Positions 1-9,104 are shown, counted from the stretch's first letter. The stretch is DNA of 64,000 nucleotides from Bacteroidales bacterium (GCA_035719105.1 DASTGN010000004.1:741252-805251); one strand, 5' to 3'. Notes: generated by a model not told the origin, from the letters alone. A program made the numbers and translations.

Positions 1-300
1 ACATCCAGCGTGTGCTCTTGAATCGAAAATTATATCTTCAGTGTTATCATTACTTATTTCATATATTAGAAAATAATCATAATCCCATTCAAGATCATAG
101 GAAAAGTTAAAAGTAATTTTCGAGTAGGTGTTTGTATTTATGTTGTAATAATTGTCTATGTTATTTATATAGTCTTCATATTCAATATATATACCCCCTT
201 CTTTATCTGTTAGATTTTCAGTCGTTGCTTGAAGGGACATTGAACTGCCCAGAAACCAAAGAACAACGAATATGCCTTTAATTGGTTGTAGTATTTTCAT
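1..300 (-). CDS. hypothetical secreted protein, 3' end cut by window edge
   Basis: Not in the ORF track. A reverse-strand ATG at 300..298 opens a stop-free frame to base 1 (MKILQPIKGIFVVLWFLGSSMSLQATTENL...). Hydrophobic signal-like N-terminus; D/Y/N-rich; no family recognised. Confidence 0.45.
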   Translation of the reverse strand, partial: MKILQPIKGIFVVLWFLGSSMSLQATTENLTDKEGGIYIEYEDYINNIDNYYNINTNTYSKITFNFSYDLEWDYDYFLIYEISNDNTEDIIFDSRAHAGC

Positions 301-323
301 TGGATTAGCGTTTTTTAATGGTA

Positions 324-713
324 TCAATTATTAACATTAGTTTTTTTCTTAGTGTCTAAAATTACTTTAAGTTCATCCTGTATGCTTTTCAACTGTTTTT
401 TTTGGTTTTCTGTAAGTAAGTTTTCAATAGAGGACTTCATAAAGCCATTCTCTTTTTTTTTCAGGTTCATACGTTCAATTAATGTCAATGAATCAAGCTT
501 ATTAATGCTGTCACATTTTTGTGCAAATTTTGTGGCTAAAACAAGTATAGTCTCTTGTTGTTGAGAGTTTAACGTTAGGCTCTTATTATAACCTTGAAGG
601 GTCAATGCTCCACGCTCCTCTGGTGTTTTCCCCACAGAATTACGGGCATATAGATTTGTTAAAGAAGTGCAGAATAATAAAACGCATAATAACATCCATT
701 TTGTCTTTTTCAT
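324..713 (-). CDS. small periplasmic helical protein with LTxxQ-like motifs (Spy/CpxP-like, tentative)
   Basis: 129 aa. Signal peptide MKKTKWMLLCVLLFCTSLTNLYA; K/Q/E-rich; motifs LTLNSQQQ and LTENQKKQL. Confidence 0.6.
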   Translation of the reverse strand: MKKTKWMLLCVLLFCTSLTNLYARNSVGKTPEERGALTLQGYNKSLTLNSQQQETILVLATKFAQKCDSINKLDSLTLIERMNLKKKENGFMKSSIENLLTENQKKQLKSIQDELKVILDTKKKTNVNN

Positions 714-1018
714 GATTGATTAATTAAGTATTTGTTTTTAAAATCATTTGTGTCCATTGAAAATTAAAAATATTCTTTGAAATCATTGATTATCTATTAA
801 TCTGAGCCTTTTTCGTTCTAGACGATTTGAATAGAAAGTTTTACATAATTATTTAATACAAAGCAATTAACCAAGCCAAATAGGTTTTCGAACAATTAAC
901 AGGATTTCCGCCAATGAGAATTTTCAACTAAATAGTTACAAAATATCTATGTTACTGGTGAATAAAACGTTTTACAAGTTGGAACTAACAGTAAGCGTTG
1001 AACATCGGTCAACTTTCA

Positions 1019-1231
1019 AAACGTGAAAGACTTATAAACTTGATTGTGCCCCTGATTATCTACAGACAGAGAAGGTACGATCCCAGATTCGGTAAATGCA
1101 GCACCCAAGGCAATCTTGCTAATATGCTTTTTGTGATGTGGAAATGAATTGTACTTCCGTCTGAAAAAATTGCTTTGCTTAATAATAACCGTTGGCGGAT
1201 TGCGCTTTCTTAAATTGGAGCAAACAACATC
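1019..1231 (-). pseudogene. possible decayed remnant of an ORF6N/KilA-N-like (mobile-element associated) gene
   Basis: A 71-codon stop-to-stop frame with no ATG (...HISKIALGAAFTESGIVPSLSVDNQGHNQ...). The AFTE-G-[IV]..LS-V pattern resembles, from memory, the YLPxAFTEQGVAMLSSVLNS core of Bacteroides ORF6N proteins. Two small hairpins (997-1029) follow the stop. Confidence 0.2.
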
Positions 1232-1499
1232 TCAAGACAAAGTTTTTTAGGGGACTTCAGAGTATGCTGTACGCATCCAAATTTATTCGGTTTAGAGCTC
1301 TTTAGCAAAATAGATAATAATGACGTCAAAGATCTAAATATTATCCATCTGTCACTTTTCTAATTATAAGTGGACAGAAATGATGAAAAATGTGTTATTT
1401 ATAATTGCAATAGAGTTAAATAATTGGCAGGATAAATTTACTTTAGAGAACATAAAAAAGTTAAACTATGCAAAAGTATGATATATAGGAGATATTTAC

Positions 1500-1560
1500 C
1501 TTAATGGAATCTTGTATATTCTTAATGAAATCTTATATATTCTTAATGGAATCTTAATTA
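1500..1560. repeat. 21-bp tandem direct repeat, about 2.9 copies
   Basis: cttaatggaatcttgtatatt / cttaatgaaatcttatatatt / cttaatggaatcttaatta. The array is bracketed by inverted CCTTAAT (1499-1505) and ATTAAGG (1557-1563). Confidence 0.85.
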
Positions 1561-1826
1561 AGGCCACAATTCAATATGTTTAACAACATACTAATATAGA
1601 ATTTATCCTAAAAAATTGAATTATACTTAAAAAGGGTTTGCATTTTTGGTACAATAATGTGTATCCTTTTTTTAGTAAAAGACAATAGTTAATAAAATTA
1701 AAGTACAGCAATCTAGAATTGAATGGTGCTTCACCCTGCTTTTGCTGTTTAAAAATGTGTTTTTAAAGAGCTCGCGGAGCATCAATATCCAGAAAAATGT
1801 CGTAATATTGCTCAGAATATTAAAAT

Positions 1827-3635
1827 ATGTGCAGAATGGAAATAATGCATTTCGCCCGGTTGGTTCCGGAAAAAGCAGCAATATGCGGTGATAAGACGGT
1901 CATGCGTGTTCGTGATTACGGAATAGGAAGTTGGAAATCAATTTCTTGGAATGAATTTGACAGGGACGTTAACCGTTGTGCAAAGGCATTGATTGAACAA
2001 AGCATTCTAGAAAAAGACCGTGTTGGAATTTTCTCTCAGAATAGAGCAGAATGCTTAATTGCCGAATACGCCATTTATTCCAATCGTGCCGTCAGTGTTC
2101 CCATGTACGCCACCAGCACGACCGCACAAATTGAATACATCATCAACGATTCTGGAATGCATGTGCTTTTTGTCGGTGATCAATATCAATACGACCGAGC
2201 TTATGAAGCGCAACGCACCTGCAAAGGCCTGAAACAGATAGTCATCTTCAATCCGGACGTCCGTTTGGCACTGACCGACGTGCATACGATGTATTTCAGT
2301 GAATTCCTACAATCTGGTTTGCTTTCGAAATCGGAGGCTGAACTTGAAACCCGGCGTAACAATGCCAATGATGAGGATCTCGCCAACATTATGTACACAT
2401 CGGGTACCACTGGCGAACCCAAAGGGGTTATTCTGACTCATGCCATGTTTCTGGAAGCTATGCGTGTGCATGATAAAAAGCTGACAGCCATTGGAGATAA
2501 CGAAGTATCCTTATGTTTCTTGCCACTCACTCATATTTTTGAAAAAGCTTGGTCCCATTTTTGTCTGCACAAAGACATGAGAATTGACATCAATACTCGT
2601 CCTACGGATATTCAAATGGTTCTGAAAGAAGTGGAACCCACTTGCATGTGCAATGTGCCTCGTTTTTGGGAGAAAATTTACGAAGGCATTCAGGATGCCA
2701 TCAATGCCAAACCAAAGATTGTGCGCACTCTTTTCAACGAAGGCGTCCGAGTTGGTCGCAAGTATCATATCGACTTGATTCGAAAGCATAAACCTGTTCC
2801 TTTTTCCCTCAAATTGCGGTATCAGTTCTTTGACAAAACGCTGTTTAGAACCGTCCGCAAAACAGTAGGTTTACAGAACGCCAAGATTTTGCCGGTGGCA
2901 GGAGCCCGATTGTCCAACGATTTATGTTTGTTTTTCCGTTCCATCGGTTTGCCACTCTATTATGGTTACGGTTTGACCGAAAGCACTGCCACGGTGAGTG
3001 CATTCGATGAATTTGGTTATCGGGTTGGTTCTGTTGGAAATGTCATTGATGGTCTCGAAGTTAAGATTTCAGAAGAGGGAGAAATATTGTTGAAAGGTAA
3101 AACCATTACTCCTGGTTATTACAAGAAACCGGAAGAAACCGCTGCTTGTCTCACCGCAGACGGTTTTTTTAGAACAGGAGATGCAGGTCAGTTGGATGGC
3201 GAATTTTTGATGATTACCGAACGAATTAAGGATCTGTACAAAACTTCCAACGGAAAATACATAGCACCTCAAAAAATCGAAACGGCTCTATGCGAAGATC
3301 GTTACATCGATATGGTTGCAGTAATCGGTAACGAGCAGAAATTCGTTTCTGCACTCATTGTGCCTACTTACGATAAAATGCCTGAACTGTGCAAACAGCT
3401 GGGCGTTGAATTCACCACACCTATCGCCGTGCTTCAGGACGAACGCATCCACAATTTCTTTGAGGAGCGCATTCACAAGATGCAGAAACATATGGCCAGT
3501 TACGAGCAGGTTCGACGCTTCATTCTGTTGGATCAGGCTTTTTCGATGGCAAATGGTGAATTGACAGATACGCTCAAGATTCGCCGCAAGGTCGTAGCCG
3601 AGCACTATGCCGTTGAGATCGCTTCGATGTATTGA
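1827..3635 (+). CDS. fadD: long-chain fatty acid-CoA ligase (AMP-dependent synthetase)
   Basis: 602 aa. AMP-binding motif YTSGTTGEPKGV, plus GYGLTES and TGD...KDLYKTSNGKYIAPQ. The true start may be an internal ATG at 1836 or 1845. Confidence 0.9.
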   Translation: MCRMEIMHFARLVPEKAAICGDKTVMRVRDYGIGSWKSISWNEFDRDVNRCAKALIEQSILEKDRVGIFSQNRAECLIAEYAIYSNRAVSVPMYATSTTAQIEYIINDSGMHVLFVGDQYQYDRAYEAQRTCKGLKQIVIFNPDVRLALTDVHTMYFSEFLQSGLLSKSEAELETRRNNANDEDLANIMYTSGTTGEPKGVILTHAMFLEAMRVHDKKLTAIGDNEVSLCFLPLTHIFEKAWSHFCLHKDMRIDINTRPTDIQMVLKEVEPTCMCNVPRFWEKIYEGIQDAINAKPKIVRTLFNEGVRVGRKYHIDLIRKHKPVPFSLKLRYQFFDKTLFRTVRKTVGLQNAKILPVAGARLSNDLCLFFRSIGLPLYYGYGLTESTATVSAFDEFGYRVGSVGNVIDGLEVKISEEGEILLKGKTITPGYYKKPEETAACLTADGFFRTGDAGQLDGEFLMITERIKDLYKTSNGKYIAPQKIETALCEDRYIDMVAVIGNEQKFVSALIVPTYDKMPELCKQLGVEFTTPIAVLQDERIHNFFEERIHKMQKHMASYEQVRRFILLDQAFSMANGELTDTLKIRRKVVAEHYAVEIASMY

Positions 3636-3644
3636 AAAATTTGG

Positions 3645-3652
3645 TACCTTTG
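3645..3652 (+). promoter_or_regulatory. Bacteroidetes -7 promoter box
   Basis: TACCTTTG = TAnnTTTG; 23 nt gap to the prfB ATG. Confidence 0.5.
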
Positions 3653-3675
3653 CGGTTGTTTAACTGCATGGAAAT

Positions 3676-4764
3676 ATGATTACGACCGAACAAATAAAAG
3701 CCGTTCAGGAGCGCGAACAAGCCTTGAAGCGGTATCTCGATATTGACACCAAACTCATTCAACTCCAGGAAGAAGAAATTCGAACCCAAGTGCCTGGTTT
3801 CTGGGATGACAATAAGGCTGCCGAAGCTCAAATGCGAAAGGTCAAAGCCATCAAAAACTGGATTGACTCTTATAATGAAGTGGTGAATGCCAACGAGGAG
3901 TTGGTGTTATCCCTCGATTTCTTCAAAGAACAAATTACGACCGAAGAAGAACTGGATGCTGCTTATGCGCATTGCATTCATTTGCTGGACAACCTGGAAC
4001 TCAAGAACATGCTCCGGAAGGAAGAGGACAAGCTGGGTGCCGTTCTCAAAATCAATTCTGGAGCTGGCGGAACCGAAAGCCAGGATTGGGCAGCCATGCT
4101 TTTTCGAATGTATCAACGGTGGGCAGATTCGCAGAAATACAAGTGCGAAATCACCAACTGGCAGGATGGCGATGAGGCCGGCATCAAAACTGTAACCATG
4201 ACCATCGAAGGCGATTATGCATACGGCTATCTTAAAGGAGAAAACGGGGTGCATCGATTGGTTCGCGTGTCTCCCTACAATGCTCAAGGCAAACGAATGA
4301 CTTCCTTTTCATCTGTTTTTATCGTGCCTTTGGTTGACGATACGATTGAAATTGAAATCAAGGATTCCGATATAACATGGGATACCTTCCGCTCTTCGGG
4401 TGCTGGTGGTCAGAATGTGAATAAGGTAGAAACAGGTGTTCGCCTACACCATTTACCTACAGGCATTTCCATTGAAAATACCGAAAGCCGTTCCCAGCTG
4501 GGCAATAAAGAAAATGCGATGCGTTTGCTTCGTTCACAATTGTACGAAATTGAGCTGGAAAAACGTCGTCAGGAACAACAAAAGGTGGAAGCTGGCAAAA
4601 AGAAGATTGAATGGGGCTCTCAGATTCGCAGTTATGTCTTTGATGACCGCCGCGTGAAGGATCACCGCACCGACTACCAAACTTCCAATGTCAATGCCGT
4701 GATGGACGGTGACTTGGATGGTTTTATCAAAGCTTATCTGATGGAATTTGGGGGGGAAGAATAA
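3676..4764 (+). CDS. prfB: peptide chain release factor 2, single uninterrupted frame
   Basis: 362 aa. SPF-type RF2 ([16 protein letters not shown]) and GGQ motif [15 protein letters not shown]. No in-frame stop at the usual frameshift position (KRYLDID). Confidence 0.95.
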   Translation: MITTEQIKAVQEREQALKRYLDIDTKLIQLQEEEIRTQVPGFWDDNKAAEAQMRKVKAIKNWIDSYNEVVNANEELVLSLDFFKEQITTEEELDAAYAHCIHLLDNLELKNMLRKEEDKLGAVLKINSGAGGTESQDWAAMLFRMYQRWADSQKYKCEITNWQDGDEAGIKTVTMTIEGDYAYGYLKGENGVHRLVRVSPYNAQGKRMTSFSSVFIVPLVDDTIEIEIKDSDITWDTFRSSGAGGQNVNKVETGVRLHHLPTGISIENTESRSQLGNKENAMRLLRSQLYEIELEKRRQEQQKVEAGKKKIEWGSQIRSYVFDDRRVKDHRTDYQTSNVNAVMDGDLDGFIKAYLMEFGGEE

Positions 4765-4788
4765 TACCGTATGTTCGTTCAAAAAGTA

Positions 4789-4814
4789 AAGGCTGCCCCT
4801 TTTGGAGCAGCCTT
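4789..4814. terminator. bidirectional hairpin terminator between prfB and csp
   Basis: aaggctgc(cc)...(gg)agcagcctt stem with T-rich flanks on both strands. Confidence 0.6.
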
Positions 4815-4840
4815 CGCTTTTAAATTATGCTTAGTGGTTG

Positions 4841-5032
4841 TTATGCCAGTTTAACATTGACGGCATTCAAGCCCTTTCTTCCTTCTTCGAGATCAAAGGT
4901 AACGACATCGTTTTCTTTGATTCTGTCCTTTAGGCCGTTTGAGTGAACGAAAAACTCTTTACCTGATTCTTCGTCCTTAATGAAACCAAAGCCTTTTGCT
5001 TCATTAAAAAATTTAACTGTTCCCTTGTTCAT
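4841..5032 (-). CDS. cold-shock protein (CspA family)
   Basis: MNKGTVKFFNEAKGFGFIKDEE... with RNP1 (KGFGFI) and RNP2-like (FVHS) motifs. The track ORF (to 5095) is over-extended; the ATG at 5032 gives 63 aa. Confidence 0.93.
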   Translation of the reverse strand: MNKGTVKFFNEAKGFGFIKDEESGKEFFVHSNGLKDRIKENDVVTFDLEEGRKGLNAVNVKLA

Positions 5033-5064
5033 TGTGTATAAATGTTTAATTCGGTAAAGATATA

Positions 5065-5072
5065 CAAATATA
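5065..5072 (-). promoter_or_regulatory. Bacteroidetes -7 promoter box
   Basis: TATATTTG on the minus strand (part of the palindrome CAAATATATTTG); 32 nt gap to the csp ATG. Confidence 0.45.
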
Positions 5073-5115
5073 TTTGCTATTGTATTTATTTTCAATTATT
5101 TATTTTTTTTGTTTG

Positions 5116-5149
5116 AATAAAAAAAAGGCCACCCGCATGGATGGCCTTT
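5116..5149 (-). terminator. rho-independent terminator of asd
   Basis: aaaggcca / tggccttt stem followed on the minus strand by a T-run. Confidence 0.65.
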
Positions 5150-5168
5150 AATTTTATGTTATGTTCTT

Positions 5169-6176
5169 TTAAAGAGCATTTTCCTTGATTAAATATTCTG
5201 CAATCTGAACAGCGTTCAAAGCAGCACCTTTCTTAATTTGGTCGCTTACGGTCCAAAATGTCAAGCCGTTGGGGTTGGCCAAATCCTTGCGGATACGACC
5301 GACATAAACGGGATCCTTGCCAGCAATGTCCAAAGGCATAGGATAATCCTTTGCTGCATCGTTTTGTTGTAGTATCACTCCATCAGCCTCTGCGAAAGCT
5401 GCTTTTGCTTCTTCCACGGATATGGGTTTTTCGGTTTCCACCCAGATGCTTTCAGAATGAGCACGCATGACTGGTACGCGAACGCAGGTGGCGCTCACTT
5501 CCACATCAGAATGCATAATTTTACGGGTTTCGTGATACATTTTCATTTCCTCCTTGGTATAACCGTTTTCGAGGAAAACATCAACTTGCGGAATCACGTT
5601 GTAAGCCAACTGATAGGCAAACTTGGAAACAGTGGGTTGCTCTCCACGAACCAACTGACTGTTTTGTACCAGTAATTCGTCCATGGCTGCGGCACCTGCA
5701 CCAGATGCAGCTTGATACGTTGATACGTGTACCCGTTTGATGTGTGACAGGTTCTCAATTGCCTTCAAGGCTACAACCATTTGAATGGTCGTGCAGTTTG
5801 GATTGGCAATGATGTTGCGCGGACGATTTTTAGCGTCTGCTGCATTAACTTCGGGAACCACTAAAGGAATATCGTTTTCCATGCGAAATGCACTGGAGTT
5901 GTCTATAACGACTGCTCCGTGTTTAGTCATGGTTTCGGCGAATTCTTTGGAGGTTCCTGCACCGGCAGAAGCAAACACGATGTCGATGCCCTTAAAGTCA
6001 TCATTGTGTTTTAATTCTTTGACGGTGATTGATTTACCACGGAAAGTGTAGGCAGTACCTGCACTGCGTGCAGAACCAAACAACACCAATTCATCCATCG
6101 GGAAGTTTCTCTCTTCCAAAACGCGTAGGAACTCTTGTCCAACCGCGCCGCTTGTACCAACAATCGCAATCTTCAT
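5169..6176 (-). CDS. asd: aspartate-semialdehyde dehydrogenase
   Basis: 335 aa. [19 protein letters not shown]-binding N-terminus; active-site region NPNCTTIQ. Confidence 0.95.
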   Translation of the reverse strand: MKIAIVGTSGAVGQEFLRVLEERNFPMDELVLFGSARSAGTAYTFRGKSITVKELKHNDDFKGIDIVFASAGAGTSKEFAETMTKHGAVVIDNSSAFRMENDIPLVVPEVNAADAKNRPRNIIANPNCTTIQMVVALKAIENLSHIKRVHVSTYQAASGAGAAAMDELLVQNSQLVRGEQPTVSKFAYQLAYNVIPQVDVFLENGYTKEEMKMYHETRKIMHSDVEVSATCVRVPVMRAHSESIWVETEKPISVEEAKAAFAEADGVILQQNDAAKDYPMPLDIAGKDPVYVGRIRKDLANPNGLTFWTVSDQIKKGAALNAVQIAEYLIKENAL

Positions 6177-6225
6177 TGTGTGAAATAAATATTAATTAAA
6201 TGTTTAATAATATAGAAACATTCTG

Positions 6226-6233
6226 TACATTTG
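6226..6233 (+). promoter_or_regulatory. Bacteroidetes -7 promoter box
   Basis: TACATTTG; 57 nt gap to the ATG at 6291. Confidence 0.4.
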
Positions 6234-6256
6234 AGGCAGTATGTTTTTATACGATA

Positions 6257-6264
6257 CAAAGATA
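6257..6264 (-). promoter_or_regulatory. Bacteroidetes -7 promoter box
   Basis: TATCTTTG on the minus strand; 80 nt gap to the asd ATG. Confidence 0.35.
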
Positions 6265-6290
6265 GGTTTTTTTGCACACAGATTTAAATT

Positions 6291-7985
6291 ATGAGAATTT
6301 TTCTGATCGTACTTTGTTGTTTCTTTTGGTACACACTTTCTGCCATTCATTATGGTGATGTGGTATTCAGTGAATTGATGGTTGACCCTGAGCCGTCTGT
6401 TGGATTGCCCGAAGTGGAGTACCTGGAAATCTGCAATCGCAGCGATTTGGAAATTTCATTGGTTGGATGGAAGTTGCTTTACGGGGACAAATCCTATGGC
6501 TTACCCCCCTGCAAGCTAAGTTCCGGCGAGTACCTGGTGCTTTGTTCCAAAACATCGGCCAACAGCTTCCCGGCAGGAGTCCCTGTGATAGGTATAAGTC
6601 CTTTTCCATCTTTGTTGAAAACTGGGAAACTGATGGCATTGACTTCATCGACCAATGAGTTGGTTAGTATCTTGGATTATTCCGACCGATGGTATGGCAG
6701 TGGCTTCAAGGCCAATGGCGGATGGAGTCTGGAGTGCATTGATCTGACCAATTTCTCTGGTCATGGGTCGAATTGGGCAGCCAGTACCGATCCATCCGGT
6801 GGAACGCCGGGTCTTGAAAACTCGGTTTTTGCTGTGAATCCATCTTTCGATATCCCCAGTTGTACCCGACTTTTTGTGCCATCCCCAGACGTTTTGGAAA
6901 TCCATTTTTCATCTTTCATGCAACTCAACTCGTTGTATGATAAACTGAATTACGTCATTTCACCAGAAAATACGATTATCCTTTCAGCGACCGTTCCTTT
7001 TCCGGATTCCCGCATCTTGAAATTGCAATTAAGTGACGCTTTGGTTTCTGAATCGATCTATCAATTAAAAATATCCGGACTTTACAACCTTTCAGGCAGG
7101 ATATTGAAAGATACGACACTCAGCTTTGGCTTGCCCGAAAAGCCCTTGCCAAGATCGTTGGTTTTGAATGAAATCCTTTTTGATCCGTTACCCGGTGGAA
7201 GTGATTATGTGGAGTTCGTCAATGTCGGTACGAAGTGTGTCGATCTTTCGGACGTTTGGCTGACGAATCGTTCTGATGATGGCGACTTGAATGAAGGTCG
7301 CCGCCTTTCCGAAAAACCATTGCCCTGTTTGCCCGGAAGTTATTGGTTGCTTTCGGAGAGCCCGGATTCCGTTTGCTCAGTGGGTCGTTTTCCATTAATG
7401 CCGAATCGATTGGAAATTAAATCTTTCCCATCCATGTCGTATGATATGGGCAATGTCTCCTTGGTAACGACTTCGGCCGAAGTACTGGACGAAATGAATT
7501 ATACGTACAAAATGCATTTTCCATTGATTTCAAATCCCGAAGGGGTAGCCTTGGAAAAGATTCGACCGGATGCTGTTTCATCGCTTCGTTCAAACTGGAT
7601 TTCGGCCAATTCAGGAGCACACTTCGGAACGCCTGGTTTTAAGAATTCACAATTTCAGGAGATCCAACGAACGGGTAAAAACGGTTTTTATGTGAATCAA
7701 ACTTGGATTACTCCCAACAATGACGGGCTAAACGACAGGGTACAAGTGCAATATGAATTACCTGAATCCTGTGTTGGAAGTCTGACTGTCTTTGATTTGC
7801 AAGGTCGACTTGTCCGAAAACTTGCCAACAATGAATTATTGGGCGTTCAAGGTGATTATTGGTGGGACGGAACCTACGATGATGGGAAGCTGGCTCCTTT
7901 TGGACGGTATATTTTGTTTGCCGAAGCGTTTACGCCCAAAGGTGAGGTGTTTCGAAGTAGACTGGTCTTGACGATCTTGTTTTAA
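6291..7985 (+). CDS. secreted protein with two lamin-tail-like (LTD) domains and a C-terminal FlgD-Ig/T9SS-type beta-sandwich domain
   Basis: 564 aa with a signal peptide. Two LTD-like starts (VVFSELMVDPEP...EYLEICN and LVLNEILFDPLPGGSDYVEFVN). C-terminus ITPNNDGLNDRVQVQYELPE...LTVFDLQGRLVRKL...WDGTYDDGK. Confidence 0.7.
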   Translation: MRIFLIVLCCFFWYTLSAIHYGDVVFSELMVDPEPSVGLPEVEYLEICNRSDLEISLVGWKLLYGDKSYGLPPCKLSSGEYLVLCSKTSANSFPAGVPVIGISPFPSLLKTGKLMALTSSTNELVSILDYSDRWYGSGFKANGGWSLECIDLTNFSGHGSNWAASTDPSGGTPGLENSVFAVNPSFDIPSCTRLFVPSPDVLEIHFSSFMQLNSLYDKLNYVISPENTIILSATVPFPDSRILKLQLSDALVSESIYQLKISGLYNLSGRILKDTTLSFGLPEKPLPRSLVLNEILFDPLPGGSDYVEFVNVGTKCVDLSDVWLTNRSDDGDLNEGRRLSEKPLPCLPGSYWLLSESPDSVCSVGRFPLMPNRLEIKSFPSMSYDMGNVSLVTTSAEVLDEMNYTYKMHFPLISNPEGVALEKIRPDAVSSLRSNWISANSGAHFGTPGFKNSQFQEIQRTGKNGFYVNQTWITPNNDGLNDRVQVQYELPESCVGSLTVFDLQGRLVRKLANNELLGVQGDYWWDGTYDDGKLAPFGRYILFAEAFTPKGEVFRSRLVLTILF

Positions 7986-7989
7986 TGCC

Positions 7990-7997
7990 TATCTTTG
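7990..7997 (+). promoter_or_regulatory. Bacteroidetes -7 promoter box
   Basis: TATCTTTG; 20 nt gap to the lolD ATG. Confidence 0.5.
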
Positions 7998-8017
7998 CAA
8001 GGCAAAAGTGAACAGTC

Positions 8018-8683
8018 ATGATCAAAGGAGAAAATATCCATAAATATTTTGGTGAACTGCATGTCCTGCAGGGAGTTGAGCTGCATGTAAAGTCTGGTGA
8101 AGTGGTTGCAGTGGTTGGTCCAAGTGGAGCGGGTAAAACTACTTTGCTGCAACTTCTTGGAACACTTGACAAAGCGGATGCTGGCACCATTGTAGTAGGA
8201 GGTGTGGATATTTCCAAATTGCGTGAGAAAGAATTGGCCGATTTTAGAAACAAGCACATTGGATTCGTCTTTCAATTCCATCAACTTTTGCCCGAATTCT
8301 CTGCCTTGGAAAATGTAATGATTCCAGCATTGATTGCCGGGAAATCTAAAAAAGCTGCTAAAGAAAGTGCATTGGAAATTTTGGAATATCTGAATCTGGC
8401 CGACAGGCTCCACCACAAGCCTGCTCAACTCTCCGGAGGGGAAAATCAGCGTGTTGCCGTAGCCAGGGCATTGGTAAATCATCCAAATGTCATTCTAGCC
8501 GACGAACCTTCAGGCAGTTTAGATACCAAACATAAGGAAGAATTGCATCAATTGTTTTTCGACCTACGTGCCAAATTCAATCAAACGTTTGTGATTGTGA
8601 CGCACGATATGCAGCTTGCTCAGCTTACCGACCGTGTGATCGAAATGCGAGACGGATTAATATTGCCACCACACAGCTTGTAG
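8018..8683 (+). CDS. lolD: ABC transporter ATP-binding protein, LolD-like
   Basis: 221 aa. Walker [10 protein letters not shown], signature LSGGENQR, Walker B ILADEP. Confidence 0.85.
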   Translation: MIKGENIHKYFGELHVLQGVELHVKSGEVVAVVGPSGAGKTTLLQLLGTLDKADAGTIVVGGVDISKLREKELADFRNKHIGFVFQFHQLLPEFSALENVMIPALIAGKSKKAAKESALEILEYLNLADRLHHKPAQLSGGENQRVAVARALVNHPNVILADEPSGSLDTKHKEELHQLFFDLRAKFNQTFVIVTHDMQLAQLTDRVIEMRDGLILPPHSL

Positions 8684-9026
8684 CAGCTCCAGCCAATCCA
8701 AACCACCAGTCCAACCATTCGCCTGAACGGTAGTCGGTCAAATACATCTGTGCCAATTCGATGGCACCAGCCATTATTCCGCAATAAATCATATTCTTGG
8801 AGTATATCCAAAGCATGCCTCCAATGCGTTTGTGTGAAGATTCAAACAGGTAGGCACTTCCAAGTAAAAGATACATGGTGTAATGGACAATCTTGTCAAA
8901 ATTGGGAATCTCAATCGGATTTTCCTGCAGCGGTATTCGAATAAGGCAAAGAAAAATAATGCCCAATCCGCAAAGAATGCTGAAGATGTGATAATTGTAA
9001 ATGAACTGAATGAATTTTCTAGCCAT
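8625..9026 (-). CDS. VanZ-like membrane protein
   Basis: 133 aa from the ATG at 9026 (MARKFIQF...). Four hydrophobic segments; DKIVHYTMY and [18 protein letters not shown] motifs typical of VanZ. Its 3' end overlaps lolD by 59 nt. Confidence 0.65.
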   Translation of the reverse strand: MARKFIQFIYNYHIFSILCGLGIIFLCLIRIPLQENPIEIPNFDKIVHYTMYLLLGSAYLFESSHKRIGGMLWIYSKNMIYCGIMAGAIELAQMYLTDYRSGEWLDWWFGLAGAATSCVVAILIRLAFRSHGR

Positions 9027-9052
9027 TTGATGGGTGTTGAAAAATAATGCAT

Positions 9053-9060
9053 CAAAAATA
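9053..9060 (-). promoter_or_regulatory. Bacteroidetes -7 promoter box
   Basis: TATTTTTG on the minus strand; 26 nt gap to the ATG at 9026. This argues against the track start at 9071. Confidence 0.45.
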
Positions 9061-9104
9061 CTACAATTCATAATAATCCATTCATAAATCGTATTAATAT
9101 ATGT

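Noticed and set aside
1380-1481. A 33-codon ORF (MMKNVLFIIAIELNNWQDKFTLENIKKLNYAKV) just upstream of the tandem repeat.
   Set aside because: It has no promoter box, no recognisable motif and an AT-rich context where short ORFs arise by chance. I noted it in the findings but did not call it as a gene.
1500-1560. CRISPR-like array.
   Set aside because: The units are contiguous 21-mers with no spacers, there are fewer than three copies, and there are no cas genes.
714-1826. Replication origin (AT-rich, DnaA-box-like TTATCCAtC at 1341 and TTATCCTAA at 1602).
   Set aside because: Only degenerate, scattered partial matches to TTATCCACA are present. There is no cluster of boxes, and no dnaA or dnaN nearby.
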